In this document: positions 19,721-30,040 of the stretch, piece by piece
Layout: each line of letters opens with the position of its first letter
How positions within the stretch are numbered: position 1 is the first letter of the stretch
Source: Balanoglossus misakiensis
Taxonomy: Eukaryota > Animalia > Hemichordata
DNA: 64,000 nt
Assembly (NCBI GenBank): GCA_040954595.2
Contig: JBECUI020000025.1
Location: 62,001 to 126,000 of the forward strand
Direction: 5' to 3'
Translations under genes and position numbers: made by a program
Notes under the pieces: generated by a model
The model's input: the letters and a program-made list of their open reading frames with translations, nothing else
What the model was told of the DNA's origin: nothing
Database searches by the model: none

Positions 19721-22348
19721 CTATTCTTCAAGCATAGCCTGTGCTACCGCCAAGCGAGCTATAGGTACTCGCAAGGGAGAACAGGATACGTAATCTAGCC
19801 CAACATCATAACAAAAGGATACCGAACGAGGATCTCCTCCATGTTCACCACAGAGACCGATCTTTAAGTTTTTCTTTTTTGTCCTTCCTCGTTCAACCCC
19901 TATTTTAACCAGAGCCCCAACCCCTGATACATCAATCGTAACAAAGGGATCATCGGGCAAGACCTCAAGCTCCATGTAATGCGGGAGAAAAGTATTAATA
20001 TCATCTCGCGAATATCCGAAACAAAGCTGTGTTAGATCATTTGTCCCAAAAGAGAAGAAATCGGCGTACTCGGCAATTTCTTCTGCTGTTAATGCTGCAC
20101 GCGGAATCTCTATCATAGTTCCCAGCTTGTAGTTAAGGGTGGTGCCGCTTTTTTTCATAATCTTTTCAATAATATCTATTGATCGTTCACGAATAATTTG
20201 CAGTTCCTGAAATGTTCCGACAAGTGGGATCATAATTTCGGGCATGACTGTAACCCCTCGCTTACTCAATTCACAAGCGGCCTGTGTTATTGCCTCGACC
20301 TGCATATCGTATACCTCGGGATAGGTCAACGCGAGTCGACATCCTCGATGTCCGAGCATTGGGTTTGCCTCTTCCAAAGATACGATCTTCTGTTCCAGTT
20401 TGTTCACTGGTATGTTGATAATCTGTGATAACTCGGCAATTTGTTCTTTCGTCTGCGGAACAAACTCATGCAGAGGGGGATCAAAGAGCCGAATAGTAAC
20501 CGGAAAGCCTTCCATTGCCTCAAAGACACCGATGAAATCTTTCTTCTGTATCGGAAGAATGCTTCGAAGTGCTTCTCGTCGTTCCTCTTCGGAATCTGCT
20601 ACAATCATTTGGCGGAATGGAAGAATTCTATCTTCTTCAAAAAACATATGCTCTGTACGACAGAGTCCGATTCCTTCTGCACCTAACTCACGTGCCTGCT
20701 TTGCCTGGGCAGGCGTATCTGCATTGGCGCGAACCTTCATTTCTCGTCCGGAGGGCACCTCGCGAAGATAATTAAGAAATGTTTCCAATTCAGCACCGAT
20801 GTTCGGGAGAATAACAGGCACTTTTCCTGCATAGACATTGCCTGTTGTCCCATCAATGGTAATGATATCACCCTCGTTATACTGCTCTCCCTGAACCTGC
20901 ATTGACTGACCGGTTATATGAATATCTCTACAACCCACAACACAAGGTCGTCCCATTCCCCGAGCCACGACAGCAGCATGACTCGTCATGCCCCCAGTTG
21001 CAGTCAGAATTCCTTCTGCAACATTCATGCCGCCAATATCTTCGGGGGATGTTTCCTGTCGAATCAAAAGAACCTGTTTCCCAGCAGCAACCATTTTTTC
21101 GGCATCGGATGCTGAAAATACAGCATGTCCCGAAGCAGCCCCAGGAGAAGCACTCAGACCCTTGGCAACCGGTTTCTTGTCAGTCGAAGGATCAAGCATG
21201 GGATAGAAGAGTTGTGAAAGCTGTTCCGGCTGTATGCGAGTAATTGCCTCCATTTTAGTTATGAGACCCTCGTTAACCATATCAACAGCTATCTTTACAG
21301 CCGCCGGACCAGTACGTTTGCCGTTCCTTGTTTGCAAGATATACAGTTCCCCTTCTTCAATGGTGAACTCCATATCCTGCATATCACGATAATGTGTTTC
21401 AAGTTTATTCTTGATATCAACAAGCTCTTGATAGATTTCTGGCATACGCTTCTGGAGAAGCGCCAGCTTTTGTGGGGTCCGGATGCCTGCAACAACGTCT
21501 TCTCCCTGTGCATTTAATAGGTATTCCCCATAAAATACATTCTCACCCGTCGATGCATCACGTGAAAAGCAAACGCCGGTGCCGGAATCTTCGCCGAAGT
21601 TTCCGAACACCATTGCTTGCACATTCACGGCTGTCCCCGATAAGCCAAAAATATTATTTATCTTTCTATACTTTATTGCCCGATCATTATTCCATGACTG
21701 AAATACTGCATGAATGGCAGACCAAAGTTGTTCACGCGGATCTTGCGGAAATTCCTTGCCGCTATGCTCTCGAACAATCTTCTTATACTTATTGACCAGT
21801 TCTTGTAACGCAGCAACACCCAGATCCATATCCTCTTGAACACCCTCCCGCTTCTTGATATCTTGCAGGGCATGTTCAAAATTATGATGGTCGACGCCAA
21901 GTACAACGTTGCCGAACATGTTAATAAGTCGGCGATATGCATCCCATGCAAAGCGCTCATTGTTTGACTTTTGCACCAAAGCAATAATGCTCTCGTCGTT
22001 CAAGCCAAGATTTAATATGGTATCCATCATACCAGGCATTGACACTACAGCCCCCGAACGAACGGAAACCAAGAGTGGATTGTTTGTTCCACCAAACTCC
22101 TTGCCTTGTATGCTCTCAAGCTTCTGAAGATGCTGAAGCACCTCCTGCTTAAAATCATCGGGAAACTGCTGTCCCATCTCGTTGTATTCAGCACAAAATT
22201 CAGTACTGATTGTAAACCCCGACGGAACAGGTATGCCAATATTTGTCATTTCTGCAAGATTAGCACCCTTCCCGCCGAGCAACTCCTTGTCCTTGGACCC
22301 ACCTTCTGCGGTTCCTCCACCGAAGAAATAGACTCGTTTTTTCTGCAT
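19721..22348 (-). CDS. ppdK: Pyruvate, phosphate dikinase
   Basis: LLGGKGANLAEM, SVRSGA, GGMTSHAAVVARG (phospho-His), GLCRTEHMF, SFGTNDLTQ, CGEHGGDP. Confidence 0.98.
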   Translation of the reverse strand: MQKKRVYFFGGGTAEGGSKDKELLGGKGANLAEMTNIGIPVPSGFTISTEFCAEYNEMGQQFPDDFKQEVLQHLQKLESIQGKEFGGTNNPLLVSVRSGAVVSMPGMMDTILNLGLNDESIIALVQKSNNERFAWDAYRRLINMFGNVVLGVDHHNFEHALQDIKKREGVQEDMDLGVAALQELVNKYKKIVREHSGKEFPQDPREQLWSAIHAVFQSWNNDRAIKYRKINNIFGLSGTAVNVQAMVFGNFGEDSGTGVCFSRDASTGENVFYGEYLLNAQGEDVVAGIRTPQKLALLQKRMPEIYQELVDIKNKLETHYRDMQDMEFTIEEGELYILQTRNGKRTGPAAVKIAVDMVNEGLITKMEAITRIQPEQLSQLFYPMLDPSTDKKPVAKGLSASPGAASGHAVFSASDAEKMVAAGKQVLLIRQETSPEDIGGMNVAEGILTATGGMTSHAAVVARGMGRPCVVGCRDIHITGQSMQVQGEQYNEGDIITIDGTTGNVYAGKVPVILPNIGAELETFLNYLREVPSGREMKVRANADTPAQAKQARELGAEGIGLCRTEHMFFEEDRILPFRQMIVADSEEERREALRSILPIQKKDFIGVFEAMEGFPVTIRLFDPPLHEFVPQTKEQIAELSQIINIPVNKLEQKIVSLEEANPMLGHRGCRLALTYPEVYDMQVEAITQAACELSKRGVTVMPEIMIPLVGTFQELQIIRERSIDIIEKIMKKSGTTLNYKLGTMIEIPRAALTAEEIAEYADFFSFGTNDLTQLCFGYSRDDINTFLPHYMELEVLPDDPFVTIDVSGVGALVKIGVERGRTKKKNLKIGLCGEHGGDPRSVSFCYDVGLDYVSCSPLRVPIARLAVAQAMLEE

Positions 22349-22379
22349 AGTAACACCTTTAGTTTGTTAGATTTTTTTT

Positions 22380-22408
22380 AGTGTACCACATAAAAAAGAA
22401 CAAGTCAA
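22380..22408 (-). promoter_or_regulatory. sigma70 promoter of ppdK
   Basis: TTGACT-17 bp-TACACT with extended -10 TG; AAGGTG SD downstream. Confidence 0.7.
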
Positions 22409-22418
22409 CGCCAATAGC

Positions 22419-23270
22419 TTAGTTGTATATATATTCCTCTAACTGTTCTTTTTTACTCAGTATGCAAAGTTTTCTAATTGCTTTTTTTTCAATCTGTCGT
22501 ACACGTTCCTTGCTCAGAAGAAACATTTGCCCCAATTCCTGCAATGAGTACCTGCGGTTATTCATAAGTCCATACCGATAACATAAGATGTTATATTCGC
22601 GCCGGGGCAGACGATCAAGAAGACTGGTCAGATCCTGCTTCATAGACTTGTTAAATAATGGTTTGTCGGGGTGATAGGCATAGTGGGCACCGTCCGAAAG
22701 ATCCAGCATATTGTCATACTCTTCGTGCATTGATACTGAATGGGTAAAACAGTTAAATAGCTGGTTAACGTATTCTTTGCTCATTCCTAACTCATCAGCA
22801 AGAATGTAGAACTGTCCCCGACTGTCACTACATTGCTGCACCTTCTCTAGTAAGAACTTGACCTTATAGAGATCGCGTATGTACCGCAAGGGGATACGCA
22901 TTGAAGTACCGCTGTTAATAACCGCCTGAACAATACGATGGCGTATCCACCAAAACGCATACGTAACGAAACGTACATTGTGTTGGGGGACATAACGCTG
23001 TATTGCTTCGAGCAAGCCAATATTGCCCTCGCCAATGAGATCGGATAGGGCAACACCCTTGTTGCGGTACTGCTTTGCAATAAAAATAACAAAACGTAAA
23101 TTCGCCTTCACTAAGATATCGCGCGATTTCTCATCGTTATATTTCTGTGTGCGTTCCGCATGATAGTTTTCTGCATGACGAGTTAAGAGGGGAACCCCCT
23201 CAATATCTTTAATATACCAGCTAACCAGTTCTTCATCACTACATGATTTTACTCTTTCATTCATATTCAC
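22419..23270 (-). CDS. rpoS: Alternative sigma70-family factor (regions 1.2-4, no region 1.1), spirochaetal RpoS-like
   Basis: YIKDIEGVPLLT, NLRFVIFIAKQY, DLIGEGNIGL, RFVTYAFWWIR, SKERVRQIE; 283 aa; preceded by a sigma54 promoter. Confidence 0.75.
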   Translation of the reverse strand: MNMNERVKSCSDEELVSWYIKDIEGVPLLTRHAENYHAERTQKYNDEKSRDILVKANLRFVIFIAKQYRNKGVALSDLIGEGNIGLLEAIQRYVPQHNVRFVTYAFWWIRHRIVQAVINSGTSMRIPLRYIRDLYKVKFLLEKVQQCSDSRGQFYILADELGMSKEYVNQLFNCFTHSVSMHEEYDNMLDLSDGAHYAYHPDKPLFNKSMKQDLTSLLDRLPRREYNILCYRYGLMNNRRYSLQELGQMFLLSKERVRQIEKKAIRKLCILSKKEQLEEYIYN

Positions 23271-23289
23271 CTAGCCCTGAAACATAAAA

Positions 23290-23306
23290 TGCAAGAATCA
23301 TGCCAA
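23290..23306 (-). promoter_or_regulatory. sigma54 (-24/-12) promoter of the rpoS-like gene
   Basis: Minus strand TTGGCATGATTCTTGCA fits TGGCA(C/T)G-N4-TTGCA with exact GG-N10-GC spacing. Confidence 0.85.
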
Positions 23307-23388
23307 GATGCTTCAAATGTTGATATATCAATACTTAATAAAAATGAGGCACAAAGAAAGATGAGAAAAAACACAAATCCTGCAAAAA

Positions 23389-23451
23389 GTGTATCAAAAT
23401 GACCCAATAATGCAATTTCAGGGCAAAATAGTGTTTCGTTTCGATACACTA
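23389..23451. promoter_or_regulatory. Two putative enhancer (UAS) dyads for a sigma54 activator
   Basis: GTGTATCA-AAA-TGACCCAA (centre 23398) and TAGTGTTTCG-TTT-CGATACACTA (centre 23440), 42 bp apart. Confidence 0.5.
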
Positions 23452-23514
23452 ATCAGCAGATGGCAGTTTCAGCGGTATACATGATCTGTTTATTACGGAA
23501 ATTTCTGCTAAATA

Positions 23515-23544
23515 TTGACACAATAAAGACTGGTAATATATGAT
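23515..23544 (+). promoter_or_regulatory. sigma70 promoter of groES
   Basis: TTGACA-18 bp-TATGAT; GGAGG SD at 23568. Confidence 0.6.
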
Positions 23545-23577
23545 AGCAAAAAAGAAACTATTTATTTGGAGGTTTAT

Positions 23578-23844
23578 ATGAAGGTACAACCACTTGGCGA
23601 TCGAGTTCTTATTCTAGTGGAAAAGGAAGAAGCAAAAACCAAGAGCGGTATTATTATTCCTGAAACAGCACAAGAAAAGACTCAAACAGGTCGAGTAATT
23701 GCTGTTGGGGATGATAAAGAGGCAATAAAAGTGTCAAAAGGCGATAGAGTTATGTATGATAAGTACGCCGGCACTCAAATTAAAGTCAATAATGAAGAAC
23801 ACCTCGTTATCGCTATGAATGACATTCTTGCAAAAATAGAATAA
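23578..23844 (+). CDS. groES: Co-chaperonin GroES (monocistronic)
   Basis: MKVQPLGDRVLI, KTKSGIIIP, KYAGT, DILAK; SD GGAGG. Confidence 0.97.
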   Translation: MKVQPLGDRVLILVEKEEAKTKSGIIIPETAQEKTQTGRVIAVGDDKEAIKVSKGDRVMYDKYAGTQIKVNNEEHLVIAMNDILAKIE

Positions 23845-23860
23845 TTTCTAACGTCCATAC

Positions 23861-23894
23861 AAATAAAAAGGCAGCAATAGCTGCCTTTTTATTT
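23861..23894. terminator. Bidirectional intrinsic terminator
   Basis: Perfect AAATAAAAAGGCAGC-AATA-GCTGCCTTTTTATTT between convergent groES and dinG. Confidence 0.92.
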
Positions 23895-26226
23895 ATACAT
23901 TAAAAAATCGGGTCATTTGCTCCTTGACCTCTGCACCTGTCCCGTAAAAATGCTTCGTCTCCGGCAAGGCAGCACTGAACATGCGACCGTAGCTCTTGCG
24001 ATGTATGCGAGCATCGGTAATAAGAACCGCACCCCTGTCCTGTTCGGAACGGATGAGTCGACCAAAGCCTTGTTTGAAACGTAATACGGCAGTTGGCAGG
24101 ATATAGGTCATAAAGGCGTTTTTTCCCGCAGCATTTATGGCAGCAGTACGAGCCTGCATTATCGGATCTGATGGAGTGCGAAAGGGTAATCGACAAATAC
24201 AGAGCAGACGAAGGGTGTTGCCGGGTGCATCAACCCCCTCCCAAAAGCTATCAGTAGCAAACAAGACGCTGTCTTCGTCCTTTTTGAAGCGATCCAGCAA
24301 GCGACTCTTGTCGTCCAAGCCTTGCATCATGCTCGTAATGCCCATTGCCTGCAGTTCTCTTCCAGTTTCTGATAGACATACTGCATGCTCCGTTTAGACG
24401 TAAATAAGACCAAGGCACCGCCATGAGAAATGCGAATACTGTCTAAAAGCAGGGTACAGAGATAATCATCATAGTCTTCATGTGTCGGATCTGGGGCATC
24501 GGTTGGTGATAATAATAAGGCACGGGATGCAAAGGGTGCGGGGTAATGCGAGATACTTTCCATCCTCGCGCTTGTTCATTCCTAATGTATTGCTCCAGAA
24601 GTCAAAACTATCACCAACACGAATGCTAGCACTGCAAAATATCAAGTCTTATAAACATCAAGAACTAGGTTTTGCATAAGCGGTGCAACATTCAACGGAG
24701 TAATGGTAAATCGGACAGTATTTTGCACCCGTGCATCCCCTTTCATGAACCAGTACACTAATTTCTCTTCCCGTTCGGGTGCGATAAAGGCAGAGCATAC
24801 GTCATAGTTTTCATTAACCCGTTGGATAAGATGATATAACATAGCTTTTCGCACACTATCATCTTTTTCATCCTCAGCATACATATCGTAAAAAGCTTTG
24901 AGCACCGTGCAAAGATTTTCTAAAATATCACTGACCTCCCGGATTACTGCTTCAATTCTCCGTCTGCCGCCCACGACCATTCTTGTGGTACCACTTAGTG
25001 CTTGCATTAGCAAGAAATTGCAGAGCACGGATGTTCAGAATGTCCAGAACCCCCTTCAACTTCTCTATTAAAGGATCCACCTTTTTTACGTATCCCCGTT
25101 CTTTGAACCAAGTCTGCAAACCCTGCAGTTTCCCCGATAAACTCAGCACAATACGATGAATTTGCCTGGAGCTACTGGTACGAGAAAAAATTGATGTCAT
25201 TCGCTCTTCCAATGTATGGGCTTCATCAAAAATAATATGTTGAACTGGCGGCAGCACGAGACCTGAATCCTTTGATACATCGTGTTGCCGGCGAAGATTG
25301 AGGTCAGTAAAGAGCAGATGATGATTGGTTACCAATATTTTTGCTTGGTATGCACGAGTACGGGCCCGCCCAATGAAACATTGCTTACTATGGGGGCAGG
25401 TATTCAAAAAACAACTCTCGTTGTCGGCAGAAACACCTTGCCAGAAAGAATCATCGACAAATTCCGGCATCTCACTGCGGTCGCCGGTTTTTGTGTTCTC
25501 TGCCCATTTTATAAACGAGGCATGATTATGAAGGGCAGTGACAGAGAAAGCTCTTTTACTTTACGCTGACAAAGGTAGTTTCCCTTGCCCTTTACCAGTA
25601 CAACGGGAAGGTTGGATGCGAGGATTTTCTGCACAAGGGGAATATCCTTTTCCAGTAACTGTTGTTGCAAATTAATTGTTGCAGTAGAAATGAGAATGCG
25701 ATCCTCATTGGAACCTGCATAGGTACATGCTGCAAGAAGATAGGCGAGGGATTTTCCCGTACCGGTTCCCGCTTCAACAACGCTAAGACCTGACCGGTTA
25801 TATGCTTCTGCAAGGTGTTCGAGCATCTGTAGCTGTTCATCGGCGGGAGTAAAGTCATTCATTTACCCGCTCAATAAGTCCACCCTTGCTGATCATTTTC
25901 AACAGAGAGAAAACATCAATTTTCTGTTCTTCATCTGCTTGTTCTGCATCGTCTTCTGCCGGATGGAGCACGTAGAGTTCCTTGTCAAAAAAATGAACTG
26001 TATCCGAATCCGATATTGAATCGGTTATTTTTGCACTTGCCGGATCTGCAACATAGTATAGGCATACATCGTAGTCGTCGTTTGTATTACTGCTTATTTG
26101 ATAACATTCCCCTTCTTCGTCTATCCTTGCAAACATACATTGATCATCTTTCGATTGAACTAGTTCTTGCAGCTGTTTATAGACTTGAGAACTCACCTTT
26201 AGGAGATCTTGTTTGCGATGAAACAC
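23893..26226 (-). pseudogene. dinG: DinG/YoaA-family helicase broken by about 6 single-base frameshifts (true pseudogene or assembly errors)
   Basis: Consecutive fragments carry EAGTGTGKS, KGKGNYLC, VTNHHLL, FDEAH, CSAS, LVLFTS, SFWEGVD, RLPF, FKQGFGRLIR. Likely start is GTG 26226. Confidence 0.8.
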
Positions 26227-26323
26227 AGGGCTAGTATAATTCAAATTGTGCAATAGTAACAAGCAAAGGAATGTTGACCAGCTCCCACTGGTATTATATT
26301 ATTGTACGAAAGGAAAACATAGT

Positions 26324-27363
26324 ATGGAACTAATACCGGTAGGAATTCTTGGGGCAACCGGCACTGTCGGGCAGAAACTTGTCTCCCTCCTTGACGGTCA
26401 TCCTCAATTCCGTATAAGCGAACTTATTGCATCTCCTGCTTCTGCAAAACGGGCCTATGGCGATTGCTGCAAATGGCGACAACATAAAGCTATGCCGGAG
26501 ATTGTGCGTATATCATTGTGAAAACAGCTGATGAGCCGATCCGTTCGCCACTGTTGTTCTCGGGATTGGATAGTGCCGTTGCCGGGAAGATTGAACAGAG
26601 CCTGGCAGAAGAGGGACATCTACTCGTTAGTAATTCACGGAACCATCGCATGGAAAAATCAGTGCCACTGATAATTCCCGAAGTAAACTGGGACCATTTT
26701 GCTCTGGTAGAACAGCAAAAATATCGGGGTAAAATAATTACCAACTCCAACTGTTCTACTATGTTTCTTGCCAGCGTACTTGCCCCTATCCACCGGGCTT
26801 TTACAGTGAAAGAAGTGCATGTAACAACAATGCAGGCGGTCAGCGGTGCTGGATACCCCGGTGAGGCATCTATTGATATTATTGGCAATATTTTGCCACT
26901 CATCGAAGGAGAAGAAGAGAAGATACCCCGGGAAACAAACAAAATACTGGGCAGACTCTGTGAAACATACATTGAGCCGGCATCAATCACCATTAGTCCA
27001 CAGTGTAACCGGGTACCGGTTACAGACGGGCATAGTGAAACTCTTTCAATTCGATGTGTTCATTCACCGAGCCCCGAAGAAGTGCGGGAGGTGCTTAGAA
27101 CCTTTTCAGGGAAACCGCAAGAACTGCAATTATACTCTGCTCCAAAGAACCCCATTCTTGTTTTTGATCAGAAGGATAGACCACAGCCTCTTGTCGACTT
27201 ATATAGTGAACGCGGAATGGCGACCCTCGTTGGAAGAATCCGTTCATGCCCGATTGGTGATATAAAAATGTTTATCGTTGGTCATAATACAATACGCGGT
27301 GCCGCTGGGGCAGCTGTATTAAATGCTGAAAGCTACTTAGCTGCCGGATATTCCCTCCCATGA
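26324..27363 (+). CDS. asd: Aspartate-semialdehyde dehydrogenase (archaeal/eukaryote-like type), one frameshift near 26510
   Basis: GILGATGTVGQ in one frame; NSNCST, QAVSGAG, CNRVPVTDGH, HNTIRGAAG in the next. Promoter TTGACC-17-TATTAT at 26274. Confidence 0.9.
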
Positions 27364-28688
27364 CTGTACTAAAATTTGGCGGAAGTTCTCTCAAAAATGC
27401 GCAGATGATTCGTCGGGTCTTGGATATTCTTGAACCTAGCCTCGAACAGGGTTCTATCGTTGTCCTCTCCGCTATGGGGGATAGTACCGATATACTGCAT
27501 ACAATCGCCGAACGGGCCGATACGGAGCGCGAACTCTGCTTGAACCTATTGGAAGAACTACGGATACTCCATCTGAAAGAAGCAGAAAAACTGAAGATAA
27601 CGAACCTTGCCCCCATCATCACCCTGCTTGACGAACTCAGCTCTCTCGTAACAGGCATAACAATTGTGAAAGATATAAGTGATGGCATGCGTGATGTTCT
27701 CTACTCCTTTGGTGAATTGCTCTCAAGTAGAATCGTATACGAGGCCGCCCTTGTACGCGGTTGGGATGTATGCCTCTACGACAGCAGAGAGATTATTATT
27801 ACTGATAGTAGCTTTATGAAGGCAGAACCCAATCTGTTTCAATCGTACGAACGTATTCGCTCTACCCTCCAGGTACGGAAAAACACGCTTGCTGTCTTAC
27901 AAGGATTTATTGCTTCCGATGAAAATGGAAAGACAACAACCTTGGGACGGGGTGGGTCGGATTTCAGTGCGGCAATTATTGCTGCTGCATTACATGCCGA
28001 TGCTGTTGAAATATGGACGGATGCCACAGGCATTATGACTGCCGACCCTCGGGTTGTTTCGACTGCACGAACAATTCCCAATATGAACTATAGTGATGCC
28101 GCAGAATTGGCTACATTTGGGACTAAGGTAATTCATCCGTCTACTATCCTACCTGCCATTGAACATCTCTTGCCGGTGCGAATAAAAAATACCCTCTTCC
28201 CGGATGAATCGGGAACTGTCATTAATGTTAATCCTTCGGTAACCGGAGAAATTATTGCTATTGCAAGCAAAAGCAATATAACGCTGCTTCAATTAAGTAC
28301 ATCACGCATGTTAAACAGTTTTAACTTTCTCAGTTCTATGTTTGCAGTATTTACTAAGTGGAAATTGTCGGTTGATCTTGTTACCACCTCAGAGGTATCG
28401 GTTACCGTCAGCCTCGATGCTCCCCCCGAACAAGCATTGGTGCAAGAACTAAACACATTGGCAAGCGTTTCGATTAAACAAGAGGTGGCAATTATCAGTC
28501 TGATTGGGCATGAAATTTGGAAGGATATCCGATTTTGTCGCCGTGCTTTTAATGCAATGCCGCAGGATATCCCTATATCTCTTATCTCTCTTGGTGCCTC
28601 GCGAAATAACCTCTCCCTCGTTGTTCCGTCAAAAGATTCTCATAGAGCAGTACGATCTCTTCATCAAGAATTTTTCAATAGCAACTAG
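27360..28688 (+). CDS. lysC: Aspartate kinase
   Basis: LKFGGSS, VLSAMG, GELLSS, TTLGRGGSDFSA, IWTD, DPR, two ACT-like domains (TTSEVSV). Confidence 0.94.
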   Translation: MTVLKFGGSSLKNAQMIRRVLDILEPSLEQGSIVVLSAMGDSTDILHTIAERADTERELCLNLLEELRILHLKEAEKLKITNLAPIITLLDELSSLVTGITIVKDISDGMRDVLYSFGELLSSRIVYEAALVRGWDVCLYDSREIIITDSSFMKAEPNLFQSYERIRSTLQVRKNTLAVLQGFIASDENGKTTTLGRGGSDFSAAIIAAALHADAVEIWTDATGIMTADPRVVSTARTIPNMNYSDAAELATFGTKVIHPSTILPAIEHLLPVRIKNTLFPDESGTVINVNPSVTGEIIAIASKSNITLLQLSTSRMLNSFNFLSSMFAVFTKWKLSVDLVTTSEVSVTVSLDAPPEQALVQELNTLASVSIKQEVAIISLIGHEIWKDIRFCRRAFNAMPQDIPISLISLGASRNNLSLVVPSKDSHRAVRSLHQEFFNSN

Positions 28689-30040
28689 GATGTATCTACA
28701 TCTATGTTGTATTCGACAAGTTTTCTATGCAACGTTGCTCGACTGACCCCAAGAAGCTCGGCGGTCTTGCTCTTATTTCCCATGTTGGCATGCAGGGTGC
28801 CGCGAATAACCCGATGTATTGACTCTTCGAGAGTCGTGCCGATCGGTATTTTGATAGAATTATCTAAATTTGAACCCTGAAGCTGTGGGGGAAGATCGTG
28901 AAGATGGATAACAGGTTCTCTTGCCATAACAACAGCACTCTCAATGCAATTACGGAGTTCCCTGATATTGCCGGGCCATGAATAGGCATAGAGAGCTGCA
29001 GTTGCCTTTGTGTCAATTCCCTCGACTTGTTTATTATTTTCCTGTGCGGTGTCTTTGATAAAACTGGAAATTAGAAGGGGAAGGTCGTCCCTGCGCTCTC
29101 GTAATGGGGGGATGTGGATGCTCAGAACATTCAAACGATAGAAGAGATCCTCACGAAATGTTCCCTTCTCCATTTCCTTCGTTAAGTTCCGATTGGTGGC
29201 TGAAATAACACGAACATCGACCTCTATTTCAGCCTCGCCTCCTACCCGTTCAAAGACCTTTCCCTGTAACACCCGAAGAAGTTTTACCTGAACATTCTGA
29301 TCGATCTCCCCAATTTCATCAAGAAATATAGTTCCCTCGTCGGCAAGTTCAAAACGTCCTCGTTTGCGACTTACAGCACCTGTAAATGCCCCCCTTTCAT
29401 GTCCGAATAGTTCGCTCTCAAGCAAGTTTGATGAAAGAGCCGCACAATGGACTTTAATCATAGGTTTCTCCTTCCTGCCCGACATTGCATGCAGGGCATC
29501 GGCAACAACCTCTTTCCCAACCCCACTCTCTCCTGTTATCAGTACCGATAGCTTACTGGTTGCAACTTGCTTGATAAAGGCAAAGACTTTCTGCATTGCT
29601 TCGCTCTTGCCAATAATATTGGAATAATGCTGCCGAGCTAGCTCCTCTTGCAACATTCTGTTTTGTATAACTAACTCACGGGTTGATAAGGCACGCCGGA
29701 CAAGTAATGAGATGTGCTCCAGATCTATGGGTTTGGTAATGAAATCAAAAGCACCTTTGCGCATTGATTCCACCGCCACCTGGATGCTTCCATGTCCGGT
29801 CAGGATTATAACAGGAATAGTGGGATAGCGTGCATTGATCCGTGCCATGAGTTTATCGCCCGAAAGTCGAGGCATACGCAGATCGGTAATGACAAGATCC
29901 ACCAGTTCTACCTGCATGATATCCAATGCCTCTTGTCCGTCTCTCGCTTGTAGAACCCTGTAGTTTTCCAGTGCAAGTGCGGTGCTTAACCCTTCCCGAA
30001 TGTTCTTCTCATCATCAACCACAAGAATGTTTAATACCAT
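28685..30040 (-). CDS. NtrC-family sigma54-dependent response regulator (REC-AAA+-HTH), Rrp2-like
   Basis: VVDDE, TDLRMP, GESGVGKE, ESELFGHERGAFTGA, FLDEIGE, FREDLFYRL, WPGNIREL, Fis-type HTH. Confidence 0.95.
   Translation of the reverse strand: MVLNILVVDDEKNIREGLSTALALENYRVLQARDGQEALDIMQVELVDLVITDLRMPRLSGDKLMARINARYPTIPVIILTGHGSIQVAVESMRKGAFDFITKPIDLEHISLLVRRALSTRELVIQNRMLQEELARQHYSNIIGKSEAMQKVFAFIKQVATSKLSVLITGESGVGKEVVADALHAMSGRKEKPMIKVHCAALSSNLLESELFGHERGAFTGAVSRKRGRFELADEGTIFLDEIGEIDQNVQVKLLRVLQGKVFERVGGEAEIEVDVRVISATNRNLTKEMEKGTFREDLFYRLNVLSIHIPPLRERRDDLPLLISSFIKDTAQENNKQVEGIDTKATAALYAYSWPGNIRELRNCIESAVVMAREPVIHLHDLPPQLQGSNLDNSIKIPIGTTLEESIHRVIRGTLHANMGNKSKTAELLGVSRATLHRKLVEYNIDVDTS

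Noticed and set aside
23578-23844. groES without groEL
   Set aside because: Separated groES and groEL is the usual arrangement in Borrelia and Treponema; no CIRCE element seen.
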